A DNA stretch of 64,000 nucleotides from the human T2T-CHM13v2.0 reference genome, Homo sapiens: positions 18,624,001 to 18,688,000 of the forward strand of contig CP086569.2 of the NCBI GenBank assembly GCA_009914755.4, read 5' to 3'. Position 1 is the stretch's first letter. Each line of letters opens with the position of its first letter. This document shows, piece after piece, positions 12,594-24,447 of this stretch. The notes under the pieces are model-generated. The model was given only the letters and a program-made list of their open reading frames with translations, made no database searches and had not been told where the DNA came from. The position numbers and the translations under genes were made by a program.

Positions 12594-12850
12594 TCCTGGC
12601 ATGTTGGCAGACGCCTGTAATCCCAGCACTTTGGGAGGCTGCCACAGGCAGATCACTTGAGCCAATGAGTCGGAGACCAGCCTGGGGAACAGGGTGAAAC
12701 TCCAACTCTACCAAAAATACAAAAAAAAATAAGCTGAGCTTGGTGGGCACGCCTGTGTTCCCAGCTACTTGGGTCATTGAAGTGGGAGAATCTCAGTGAG
12801 TTGAGATGGTGCTACTGCACTCCAACATGGGTGACACAACTCTTTTTCAA
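12594..12850 (+). mobile_element. Alu SINE with (AAAT)n tail 12851-12878
   Basis: GGCATGTTGGCAGACGCCTGTAATCCCAGCACTTTGGGAGGCTGCCACAGGCAGATCACTTGAGCC ... CCAGCTACTTGGGTCATTGAAGTGGGAGAATC ... then AATAAATAAATAAATAAATAAATAAAG. Confidence 0.85.
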
Positions 12851-12899
12851 TAAATAAATAAATAAATAAATAAATAAAGAGACGTTTCTTGTTCTGGAG

Positions 12900-13320
12900 A
12901 AGTACATTTATGGTTATTTCAGACATATCCCAATCAAATTCCAGGTAAATATATCAACAAACTCTTCCTAAACCTAGAATAGATGAAATAAGACTAAAGA
13001 AGAACAAAGCTAAAGGAATTACACATCTGGATATGAATATTTACACTAAAGCTAATGTAATAAAGAAGAGTGTGGCATTCATAATTTAACAGACCAGCAG
13101 ATAAGTGGAAGAGAATAGCCCCCAAACTGTCCCAAGTCAACTGATTTTGTCAAAAATGCGAAGAATATTCTTTGGAAAAGATAAAGCTGTTTCACAAGTG
13201 TCAAGAAAACTGCTGGAAACTATATGGAAACAAATGAACATAGACAAAAATTTTATAGTTAAAAAATTAGTCAAAAATACCCATACTTTAAATCTTTTCA
13301 CTGCAAAGTTGTAATTGGAA
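12900..13320 (+). mobile_element. Possible ancient LINE (L1M-like ORF2) fragment
   Basis: Weak resemblance to the L1 ORF2 region (…GAAAACTGCTGGAAACTATATGGAAACAAATGAACATAGAC…). Not confirmed. Confidence 0.25.
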
Positions 13321-13445
13321 AGTATCTTCATGGGCCTGGTTTTGGTAATTATTTATTAGCAAGTCCATGAAAGAAAAAAATGGATAATATGAACTTTATT
13401 AAAAGATGAAATGTCTTATCTGTAAAACACCCTGTTACTTTTGAA

Positions 13446-13700
13446 GGTCAAAGCGGACAGATCACCTGAGGACAGGAGTTGCAGGTCAGCATCGTATACA
13501 TGGTGAAGTCACGTCTGTACTAAAAATAAAAAAATTTAACTGGGATTTCTGGTGTATGCCGGTAATCCTAGATGCTTAGGAGTCTGAGCAAGGAGAATCC
13601 TTTGAACTTGGGAGGTGGGGATTGCGGTGAGGCTGGTTCGGGTCATTGCACTCCAGGCTGGGTGACAAAATGAGACATCACCTCAAAAAAAAATAAGTGA
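13446..13700 (+). mobile_element. Alu SINE, 5'-truncated
   Basis: …GATCACCTGAGGACAGGAGTTGCAGGTCAGCATCG…ACTAAAAATAAAAAAATT…GGTAATCCTAGATGCTTAGGAGTCTGAGCAAGGAGAATCCTTTGAACTTGGGAGGTGGGGATTGCGGTGAGGCTGG…CACTCCAGGCTGGGTGACAAAATGAGACATCACCTCAAAAAAAAA. Confidence 0.75.
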
Positions 13701-16700
13701 AATCCGGTAAAGAGAACCAAAAAGCCAGCCACAGATAGAAAAATTTAGCAAACTAATCTGAAAAGCGACTTGTATGTACAATATACGAGGATACCCTAAA
13801 ACTCAAAAAGATAAGCAACCCAATTTCAAGGTAAAACCTGAGTAGATACATCACTAAGGAAGATACAGAGATGGAAAACAGGCAGGCACACCAAACACTG
13901 TTTGCGGAAAGCCTGCTGATTCTGCTGAAGGCTGAGACTCCAAGCCATCCATGGGGAGCAGCAGTGGCTGCCAGAGGGGCAGTGGCTCCAAATACCGCCC
14001 CCACCTACCCCACTTCCGCCCTTCTTCCAGGGTCCAAGGGTCCCCAAGGCCTTGGGCATGCTCTCCTAGAAAGAGCCTGAAGCTGGATACTTTGTTTCTC
14101 GGCTTTTCTTAAAGTTCTGGAGGCTGCCAGATATCCTTAGGTTGGAAGTTTTATTTTGATCCTGAGCACCTTGCGGTACTGACAAGCATTAGGAGAGTTG
14201 GTTTTTAATCTACACTTGTCTTCATCAACAGATAAAAAAATTGGCTCCAATTGCTTTCTAGTAAATTCTTTTAAAATGTTTGGTACAACATATTTTTATT
14301 TTGCTTTCCTAGAGACACAAAGCACAAAGTATTAAGTAAAAGCCATATATGGAATAATCATAAATTCATGGATACTATTTAGTTGGTCATTTAACTTGAC
14401 TATTTTTTATTATAATTTAACTTCTAGGATACATGTGCAGAACAGGCAGATTTGTTACATTGGTGTACATGTGCCACCGTGGTTTGCTGCACCCATCAAC
14501 CCATCATCTAAGTTTTAAGCCCTGCATGCATTAGGTATTTGTCCTGATGATCTCCTTCCGCTTACCCCCTACTCCCTGACAGGCCCCATTGTGTCCTCAT
14601 TGTTCCATTCCCACTTATGCATGAGAATAGGTAGTGTTTGCTTTTCTGTTCCTGTGTTAGCTTGCTGAGAATAATTGTTTCCAGCTCCATTCATGTCCCT
14701 GAAAAGGACATGAACTTATTCTTTTTCATGGCTGCATAGTATCCCATGGTATATATGTTCCACATTTTCTTTATCCAATCCATAATTGATGGGTATTTGG
14801 GTTTGTTCCATGTCTTTTTTGTGTCTGAATAGTGCTGCAGTAAATGTAAATGTGCATGTTTCCTTATGTAGAATGATTTATAATCCTCTGGAGGCACACC
14901 ACATAATGGGATTGCTGGGTCAAATGGTATTTCTGGTTACAGATCTTTGAAGAATCACCATACTGTCTTCCACAATGATTTAACTAATTTGTACTAACAC
15001 CAGCAGTATAGAGCATTCCTCTTTCTCCACATCTTCACCAGAACCTGTTGTTTCCTGACTTTTTAATGGTCACCATTCTGACCGGTGTGAGATTGTATCT
15101 CATTGTGGTTTTGATGTGCATTTCTCTAATGACCAGTGATGCTAAGCTTTTTTTTATATATGTTTGTTTGCTGATTAAATATCTTCCTTTGGGAAATGTC
15201 TGTTCATATCCTTTGCCCACTTTTTGATGGGATTTGTTTTTTATTTTGTTGTAAGTTTTTTTAAATTTCTTGTAGGTTTTTGATATTAGACTTTTTTCAG
15301 ATAGATAGGTTGAAAAAATGTTCTCACATTTTGTATGTTGCCTGTTCACTCTGATGATATTTTCTTTTGCTGTGGGGAGCTCTTTAGATTAATTAGGTCC
15401 CATTTGTCAATTTTGGACGGTGTTGCAATTGTTTTTTGGTCTTTTTGCCATGAAGTTTTTGTCCATGCCTATATCCTGAATGGTATTGTGTAGATTTTCT
15501 TCTAGGGTGTTTAGGGTTTTAGGTTTTACGTTTAAGTCTTTTAGTTCATCTTGAGTTAATTATGTGGTGTGAGAAAGGGATCTAGTTTCAGGTTTCTCCA
15601 TATGGCTAGCCAGTTTTCCCATACCAGGGAATTCTTCCCCAGTTGCTTGTTTATTCAGGCTTGTCAAAGATCAGATCATTGTAGATGTGTGAATTACTTT
15701 AAGCAGCATGGTCACTTTCATGATATTGATTCTTCTTATTCATGAACATGATATTTTTGTGTCCTCTCTTTGAGCACTGGTTTGTAGTTCTCCATAAAGA
15801 AGTCCTTCATATTTCTTGTAATTTTTATTCTTAGTTATTTTTTTCTTTGGAGAAATTGTGAATTTGAGGTCAGTCATGATTTGATTCTCTGTTTTTCTAT
15901 TATTGGTGTATAGAAATACTTGTGATTTTTGCACATTGATTTTGTAGCCTGAGATTGCTGGAGTTGCTTATAAGCTTAAGCAAACTCATACAAAAGACAA
16001 GTTTCTTGTCTACTGCTAAGTAGTTTTAGAGGTGAGATACTGGGGTATTCTAAATATACAACTATGTCCTCTAAAAACAGGGAAAATTTGATTTCCTTTA
16101 TTTTTATTTGAATACCCTTTATTTGCTTCTCTTGTCTGATTGCCCTGGGTGGAACTTTCCACTCTATGTTGAATACGAGTGGTGAGAGAAGCCATCCTTG
16201 TCTTGTGCCTTGTGTTCTGTGTTTTCAAAGAAAATGTTTCCAGCTTTTGCCCATTCAGTATAATATTGCCTATGGGTTTGTCACAAATAATTCTCGTTAG
16301 TTTCTGATACATTCCATCGATACCTGGTATATTGAGTGTTTTTAGTGGGAAGGGATGTTGAATTTTATCTAAGGCCTTTTCTGCAACGAGAGAGAAAATT
16401 ATGTGGTTTTTGTCTTTGGTTCTCTTTATGTGATGAATTACGTTTGTTGATTTGTATATGTTAAAACCAGCCTTGCTCGTTGGAGCTGATCTGATCGTGA
16501 TGGATAAGCTTTTTGATGTGTTGCTGGATTCAGTTTGCCAGTATTTTATTGTGAATATTCACATTGATGGTCATCGGGAATACTGGCCTATTTTTTTTTT
16601 TTTTTTTTTTTTTTGGTTTCTGACAGGTTTTGGTATTAAGATGATGCTGGCCTCATAAAATAAGTTCAGGAGGAGTCCCTCTCTTTCTATTGTTTGGAAT

Positions 16701-17246
16701 AGTTTCAGAAGTAAATGACACCAGCTTTTCTTTGTACCTCTGGTAGAAGTAGTCTGTGAATCTGTCTGGTCTGGGCATTTTTTGGTTGGTAGGCTATTAC
16801 TGCCTCAACTTTAGAATCTGTTGGTCTCTTCAGGGATTCTACTTTTTCCTGGTTTAGTCTTGCAGAAGTGTATGTGTCCAGGAATTTACTTATTTCTTAT
16901 AGATTTTTTGCTTTATTTACATAGAGGTGTTTACAGTATTCTCTGATGGTAGTTTGTATTTATGTGGGATCAGTTTTTACATCCCCATTATCCTTTTTTA
17001 ATATGTCTAATTGATTCTTTTCTTTTTTTTCTTTATTAGTCTGGCTAGCAGTGTATCTATTTTGTTAATCTTTACAAAAAACAAACAAACAAACAAAAAT
17101 GCTCCTGGATTCATGAGGGATTTTCCTGACTCTATCACCTTCAGTTACGTTCTTATCTCAGTTATTTCTTTTTTTGTCTCAGTTTTTGGATATGTTTGTT
17201 CTTGCTTCTCCAGCTCTTTTGCTTTCTTTCTTCCTTTTTTTAATTT

Positions 17247-17552
17247 TTTTTTTTTTTTTTGAGAAGGTGTCTTGCTCTGTCATGCACACTGGAGTGGAGT
17301 GGTGCTACCTCAGCTCACTGTGGTTTTTATCTTTTCTGTTCAAGAGATTATCTCAACTCAGCTTCCTACGTATCCTGGATTACAGGTGTGAGCCCCCATG
17401 CCAGGCTTTCTTTTTCTTTGTATTTTCTGTGGAGATGGAGTTTCATCATGTTTGTTGGCTAGGCTAGTCTTGAACTCTTGAACTCAGGTGACCTGCCTGG
17501 CACAACTTCCCAAAGTGCTGAAATATCAGGCATGAGCCACTATGTCTGTCCC
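17247..17552 (-). mobile_element. Alu SINE inserted into the antisense L1
   Basis: Poly(T), then GAGAAGGTGTCTTGCTCTGTCATGCACACTGGAGTGGAGTGGTGCTACCTCAGCTCACTG…CCTGGATTACAGGTGTGAGCCCCCATGCCAGGC…GTTGGCTAGGCTAGTCTTGAACTCTTGAACTCAGGTGACCTGCC…GGCATGAGCCACTATGTCTGTCC. Confidence 0.85.
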
Positions 17553-18650
17553 TCTAGTTTTTTTCATTGTGATTTTATGGTGTTGATTTTAGATCTTTCC
17601 CACTTTTGATGTGGGCATTTAGTGCTATAAATTTCTCTCTTAACACTGCGTTAGCTGTGTCCTAGAGATTGTGGTAGGTTGTGTCTTTGTTCTCATTGAT
17701 TTTAAACGGCTTCTTTCTTTGTTTCTTAATTTTGTTATTTATCCAGTGGTCAATCAGGAGCAGGTTTTACAGTTCCCATGTAATTTTGCAGTTTTGAATA
17801 AGTTTCTTAATCCTGAGTTCTAATTTTATTCCACTCTGGTGCGAGAGACTGTTTGTTTTGATTTCCATTCTTTTGCATTTGCTGAGGAGTGTTTTGCCTC
17901 CAGTTATGTGGTCAATTTTACAATAAGTGCTACGTGGTGATGAGAAGAATGTATATTCTGTTGATTTGGGGTGGAGACGTCTGTAGATGTCTATTAGCTC
18001 TGCTTGGTCAAGGGCTGAGTTCACGTCCTGAGTATTCTTGTTAAAGTTCTGTCTCATTTATCAGCGTAATATTGATAGTAGGGTGTTAAAGTCTCCTGTT
18101 ATAATTGTGTGTGAATCTAAGTCTGTGTAAGTCTCTAAGAACTTGCTTTTTAATCTGAGTGCTCCTGTATTAGGTTCATATACATTTAGGATTGTTAGCT
18201 GTGCTGGTTGCACTGATTCCTTACCATTACGCAACTCCCTACTTTGTCTTTTATGATCTATGTTGGCTTAAAGTTTGCCTTAGGATAGACTACGATTTCA
18301 AGCCCTGCTTTTTTTTTTTTTTTTTTTTTTTTTTTTTGGTAACTTTCCATTTGCTTGGTAAATATTCCTCCATCCTTTTATTTTGAGCCTATGTGTGTCT
18401 TCACCCATGAGATGGTTCTCCTCAATATAGCATACCGAAGGGTCTTGACTCTTTATCCAATTTGCCAATCTGTGTACTTTAATTGGCAAATTTATTTCAT
18501 TTACATTTAGGGTTAATATTCTTATGTGTCAATTTGATCCTGGCATGGGAATGTTAGCTGGTTGTTTTGGATATTAGTTGATCCACTTTCTTCATAGAGT
18601 TGTTGGTCTTTATATTTTGCTATTTTTTTCAGTGGTGAGTACCGATTTTC

Positions 18651-18945
18651 TTTTGTTTTGTTTTTTGTTTTTTGAGACAGAGTTTCACTCTGTTGGCCAG
18701 GCTGGAGTGCAGTAGCGTGACCTTGGCTCACTGCAAGCTCCGCCTCCTGGGTTTCTGCCATTCTGCCTCAGCCTCCCGTGAGTCTGAGTAGCTGGGACTA
18801 CAGGCACCCACCAACACAGCCGGCTATTTTTTTTGTATTTTTAGTAGTGACAGGGTTTCACTGTGCTAGCCAGGATGGTCTCCATCTTCTGACCTCATGA
18901 TCTGCCCACCTACGCCTCCCGAAATGCTGAGATTACATGCGTGAG
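18651..18945 (-). mobile_element. Alu SINE inserted into the antisense L1, flanked by target-site duplications of about 16-19 bp
   Basis: TSD copies are GGTGAGTACCGATTTTC (18633-18649) and GGTGAGTACCGGTATTTTC (18947-18965). Alu body: TTGAGACAGAGTTTCACTCTGTTGGCCAGGCTGGAGTGCAGTAGCGTGACCTTGGCTCACTGCAAGCTCCGCCTCCTGGGTT…GCGTGAGCCACTGCACC. Confidence 0.9.
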
Positions 18946-21936
18946 CCACTGCACCAGGTGAGTACCGGTATTTTCTTTCCATATTTAGTGCTTTCTTTAG
19001 GAGCTCTTCTAAGGCAGGCATGGTGGTGACAAAACCATCTACATTTTGTTATCTGTAACAATTTTATTTTTATTTTGCTCATAAAGCTTAGTTTGGATTA
19101 ATATAAAATTCTAGGTTGAAATTGTTTTCTTTAGGGTTGTTTTATATTGACTCCACTCTCTTCTGGCTTGTAGGGTTTCTGCAGAGAGATCCTCTGTTAG
19201 TCTGATGGGCTTCCCTTTGTAGATAACCTGACCTGTCTGTCTGGCTGTCCTTAACATTTTTTCTTTTTGTTCAACCTTGGAGAATCTGACAGTCATATGT
19301 CTGTTGCTCTTCTCAGCGAGTATCTTAGTGGTGTTATCTGTACTTCCTGAATTTGAATGTTGGCCTGTCTTGTTCCATTGGGAAGTTCTCCTGGATGATG
19401 TCTTGAAGTGTGTTTTCAAACTTGGTTCCATTTTTCCCATCACTTTCAGGTACACCAATCAATTATAGGTTTGGTCTTTTGACATACTCCCATATTTCTT
19501 GGAGGCTTTGTTTGTTGCTTTTCATTCATTTTTCTCTAATCTTGTCTTCATGCTTTATCTCATTAAGTCGATCTTCCATCTTTGATAATCTTTCTTCCTC
19601 TTCATTGATTCATCTATTAATACTTGTTTTTGCTTCACAATGTTTCTTGCACTGTGTTTTTCAGCTCTATGCGGTCATATACGTTCTTCTGTAAACTGGT
19701 TATTTTAGTTAGCAGCTCCTGTAACGTTTTATCAAGGCTTTTACCTTACTTGCATTGGTTTAGAACATACTCCTTTAGCTTAGAGAATTTTGTTATTACT
19801 GACCTTCTGAAGCCTACTTCTGCCAACTCATCAACCTCATTCTCCATCCACCTTTGTGCCCTTGCTGGAGAGGAGTTGCGATCATTTGGAGTTGAAGAGG
19901 CATTCTAATTTTTTGAATTTTCAGCTGTTTTGTGCTGGCTATTCCTCATTTTTCGTGGATTTATCTACCTGGGATCTTTGATACTGAATGTCTTTGGACT
20001 GGGATTTTGTGTGAGAGTCCTTTTTGTTGATGTTGATGTTGATGTCACTGTTTCCTGTTTGTTAGTTTTTCTTCTAACAGTCAGGCATCTCTTCTGCAGG
20101 TCTGCTACAGTTTGCTGGTCTACTTCAGTTGCTGTTTGCCTGGGTATCACCATATGAAGTTGCACAACAGCAATGATTGGAAGTTTTGACTCAGAGTGAT
20201 ACCTGGCTGGTGCCAGCTAGAGCTTTTCTCTATGAAGTGTCTGTTGACCCCTGCGGGAAAGGGTCTCCTAGTCAGGAGGCACAGGTGTCAGGGGCAAACT
20301 TGAAAAGCCAGTCTGCCCTGAGCAGAGCTTGAGCACTGTCCTGGGAGATACACTGCTCTCTTCAGTGCAAGCAGGCAGGAGTCTTTAAGTCTGCTGAAGT
20401 TGCACTCACAGCCATCCCTTTTCTCAGGTGTTCTGTCCCAGGGAGTTGGGAGTTTTACATATAAGTCTCTGACTCAGGCTGCTGCCTTTCTTTCAGAGAT
20501 GCCCTACCCAGTGAGGAGGAATCTAGAGAGCCAATGTGGCCACACCTGCTTTGCATGCTTCTGTGAGTTCCATGCAGCCCAAATTTCCTGGCAGTTTTCT
20601 TAACACTCTGAGGGGAAAACCTTACGCTCAAGTCTCAGTAATTGTGGTCGAACCTCTCCCCACCGAGCTTTATCATTCTAGGTTGACTTCAGGCTTCTAT
20701 GTAGGTAGTGAGAACTTGAAGCCAGTGGATCTCAGCTTGCTGTGCTCCATGGAAGTGGGGCCTGCTCAGTGGGACCACTTGGCTCCCTGGCTTCAGCCCC
20801 TTTCCAGGGGGGTGACTGGTTTTGTCTCACTGGTGTTCCAGGTGCCACTAGGGTATGAAAATTATTTTGCAGCTAGCTCAGCCTCTGTGAAAGCAGCCAC
20901 CCAGTTTTGTGCTTGAAACCCAGTTCTGTGGTTGTACAGGCACACTAGGGAATCTCCTGGTCTGTGCGTCGTAAGAACCATGGGGAAACTGCAGGTTATG
21001 GGCTTGATAGCACAGCCCCTGATTGCTTTCCATGGTTAAAGAAGGAAGTTTTCAGCCCCTTACACTTCCTGAGTGAGGCAACACTCACCCTACTTCTGCT
21101 TGCCTTTTGTGGGCTGCACTCAATGTCTAACCACGTCCAGTGAGATGAACTGGGTAATTCAGGTGGAAATGCAGAAATCAACTGTCCTTTGTGTTTGTCT
21201 CACTGGGAGCTGCAGATCAGAGCTGTTACTTTTCTACCATATTGCCAGATGCCGACCAGTTTTTATTCTTATTTACAGTGTGCACTGTTGAAATTACCAG
21301 AAGTTTCACTTGTAATGTCTAAAAGCAAAAAGGAAAAGAACAGTGAGAAATGTTTTAATAAATTAATCTCTGTATTCAAATGTCAATCAAAAGCAGTGCC
21401 ATGTCGCAAAAGGTGAAGGAAAATGAGCAGACCAAAAACAAGTGAATTGACATTTTGGTTCACTTTTGAAAAAGCAGGTTTAAGAAGGTAAACCTCCAGA
21501 TTTCTAATCTGTATCAAGTATTAAGCATTGCAAAGTATGTACTGAAATTTTTTCAATTTTCACAGAAACTAATTTGTACTCTAGAAATTCCTGTTATTGC
21601 TTTGATATCTGTTGGGGTTCAGTCAAGATGGTGGGGAAAATTAGCAGATACAAACCTTCTTGCAAGGCCTAGGGAGTTGACATAAGCTCCAGTAATAAAC
21701 TTGGCTGAAAATGGCCTTTTCCCTTTAGTTAAGTAAGTTAGAGTAGAAACACACTAAAGTGGGGTGTTTATCTAACTAGCTTGCTTACTCATACGGTCCT
21801 AAGATTAATGGTTGACTTAGTACAGTGCTAAATTGCTTTCTAATTGGGAATTCCACACTGTCAATTACCCTTTAGTGGTGTTGACTTGAGCCTTGGTCAA
21901 TTATTCTTTACCAAATAAATGTGAGTCTCACTAGCT

Positions 21937-22030
21937 GGTTGGGGCCACAGTCAAAGCTCTGCAGTGAGCAGAGACCACACCACTGCACTCCAGCCTGTGC
22001 CACAGAGCAAGACTCCATTTCAAGAAAATA
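21937..22030 (+). mobile_element. Alu 3'-end fragment
   Basis: GGGGCCACAGTCAAAGCTCTGCAGTGAGCAGAGACCACACCACTGCACTCCAGCCTGTGCCACAGAGCAAGACTCCATTTCAAGAAAATAAAAG. Confidence 0.7.
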
Positions 22031-23289
22031 AAAGGCTCCTACTCACTCTGGGACAGAAGGATCTTGTTTTGTTCCACGTGGAACTATTTCAGGATCAGTT
22101 CTCAGGAAGCCTTTATTGTATGTGGTAAAAGTAATATAACATAAAATTTACCAATCTAAACATTTGTGCATGTATCTAAATATTTGTAAGTATGTTTATG
22201 TTATTGTGCAACCCTCACCACCGCTTCACATTCTCACCAGCAATGCACAAGTGTTCCATTTGCTGCAGAAACTCTCCAACTTTCCATTTTTCAAAAACAA
22301 AAAACAAAAAAGACATTCTAGTGGGTATAAAGTGGTAATCCCTCTCCTGCCCCACTCATGCCTGTTTAGATAACTGTAAGACACCGTCTGGCCATTTCCA
22401 GCTCCAGGTCACTTTTTCTATGCTGCCTATCCAGACACCCAGTGATCAGTGATGTCTCCTCAGGGTTTACAAGGTCTTCTGCATCTTGCTCTATTGTAAT
22501 CCAGACCTCAGCATATAATATCCATGTGTCATTCCACTTAAGTAAAGGGAAATTAACATTTTCTGAGCACCGCCACGTGCAGGTGACTTGCTCAGGTGAA
22601 CTCACAGTGACTCTGCCAGGTATGGGTAATCCCACATGTAGAGAAAAGGGCCAAGATCAGGTGATTGAGTGACTCACTTTCAATCACACCACTTCCAAGT
22701 AACTTCAGGTTCCAGCCCCCAGCCAGGTCTCCAGTTGTCATTTAGAAAAAGTTTGTGAGTCACTTGAATGTATGTCCAGGCCACACCCAGTCTTCTTTCT
22801 ATCAATCGAGATGAGCTCCAGGGACAATGGGTGACAAGACACAACCAGTCATCTTTCTTCCATTCAGAGCCATTGTAGGTACTTGATACTCATCAGGAAC
22901 AGTCTCTTATCCCAAAACCTTCTCATACATAGGATGTTTTGAGGGCAATGTGTTACACATGGGTCACAGAAGGCAACTTTAGTGAGGGAATCAAAGCCAG
23001 CATATAGAGAAGGAGCTGGTGATTCCAAGTGTAAAGGAAGGGTGGTATGCTAAGAAGTTATTGCCCTTGAGGATGAAGGAGACAAGAGGTTAGTATGACT
23101 AAATCAGACGGAGCAAGACAGAAAGCAGGGAATGGACAAAACACTTAGCACAAGGCACAGTGGTTCCTTAGCAAGGTCGATGCAGACCTACCATGACATG
23201 ATGTGGCCACTGCCCTCCTAGGAATGAATGATGAGAAATGAAGGCGAGTTTACAGGCTATATACATAAATAAATATTCATGACATCCTT

Positions 23290-23590
23290 ATACACAATGT
23301 TCCCAAACCAGGAACCCCAAATGCCCATACACAAAAGAAGGGTGAACAAGCTGTGGCACATCCACACCATGGTGTGTGGCTCGGCATAAAAAGGAATGGA
23401 CTGTTGATGCAATCAGAACAGAGTGACTCTGAAAGTAGTTCTGCCGAATAAAAGAACCCAGATCAGAACGATGCACAAAGATCCAAGTACATACTGTATT
23501 TACATGTAATTCTATAAAATACCACTAAATTTTAGTGAAAGAAGCAGATCTGTGGTACTAGATTGGCCAGGGAGAGATCATTATTGCCAG
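23290..23590 (+). mobile_element. Ancient L1 (L1M-type) 3'-end fragment
   Basis: Pattern typical of old L1 3' ends (…AAATGCCCATACACAAAAGAAGGGTGAACAAGCTGTGGCACATCCACACCATGG…GGCATAAAAAGGAATGGACTGTTGATGC…AGTACATACTGTATTTACATGTAATTCTATAAAATACCACTAAATTTTAGTG…). Confidence 0.4.
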
Positions 23591-24412
23591 GAGGAAGGTA
23601 CGTTTTCATGACCTTCATAGCACTTCTGGCCTTGTGGTGAATGAAATACTCACATGGAGAAAACCATCAGTTCTCCTTTCTGCACATGTGCAGTTTACCA
23701 TATGCTGATCACACGTCAATGAAGCTGTTTTTAAATAAGGAATCACGATCCGCAGCTCAGAATATGAATGGGCAGGAGGCCTGAGAAGGCAGATTCTTTT
23801 CTTTTCCTAATCTATGAGGCTGTATAATGAGAATTAAGTTGGCCCTGAGCTCAGACACAGAACAGGCCTGAGGGAAAGGCTCACACAGTCCTTCCTTCTG
23901 CACAGAAGAGTGACCACCTAACACAGTACCCAGTTGCCCCTGAGGACCTTTATAGTTCAAAGTGATCTTCCTGTCCTTGTGTCTATTTTCTGGTATTTCC
24001 TCTTTCATGCGGAAGCTTATGTGCCCTATGCTGTAGAGGACATCATCTTCCAGTTCTAATATGAACATTCTGGTTCCATCACAGTAGAGAAATGGGTTGC
24101 ATTGTCTCTCTTCAAGACAAAGAGAAGGGAAAAGCCATGAGCACAATGTCCAAAGTTGTGTGTTCAGGTGGCAAGTGGAGGAAGAGCATCACCATGCCAA
24201 GGCAGCAGAAGGACAACTGAAGGTGAAAGTTTCTGCAGAGGAAACAAGGAAGCTTAGGGATTCCCAGTGGAAATCTTTCTTCCCATGTGTAGAACCCTGA
24301 TTTGAAGGCCAGTTCCTCTTGTCCCAATGTGAAATGAACCTGTGACCATCCTCATTTCAGCCTTATTACTAATTGCACAGGCAAACATGAGTGTTCGACG
24401 GTTTTAAAAAAT

Positions 24413-24447
<35 letters not shown>

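Larger units (their letters stand above)
14400..21260 (-). mobile_element. Full-length L1PA-type LINE-1 in antisense orientation (3' end at left, 5'UTR at right). ORFs disrupted. Carries two later Alu insertions
   Basis: Left end is the reverse complement of the L1 3'UTR (…TAGGATACATGTGCAGAACAGGCAGATTTGTTACATTGGTGTACATGTGCCACCGTGG…). Minus-strand translation gives ORF1p-like GKPIRLTEDLSAETLQARREW (ORF 19111..19458). The right end reverse-complements to an L1PA 5'UTR (…GGCAATATGGTAGAAAAGTAACAGCTCTGATCTGCAGCTCCCAGTGAGAC…). Confidence 0.9.

Noticed and set aside
13753-14080. Overlapping GC-rich ORFs (for example MENRQAHQTLFAESLL…PGSKGPQGLGHALLERA)
   Set aside because: Short, overlapping on both strands, and in a segment with LTR-like features (…CTGGAGGCTGCCAGATATCCTTAGGTTGGAAG…). 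No recognisable protein homology. The ORF caller uses prokaryotic start rules, and the region is more likely an ERV LTR remnant.
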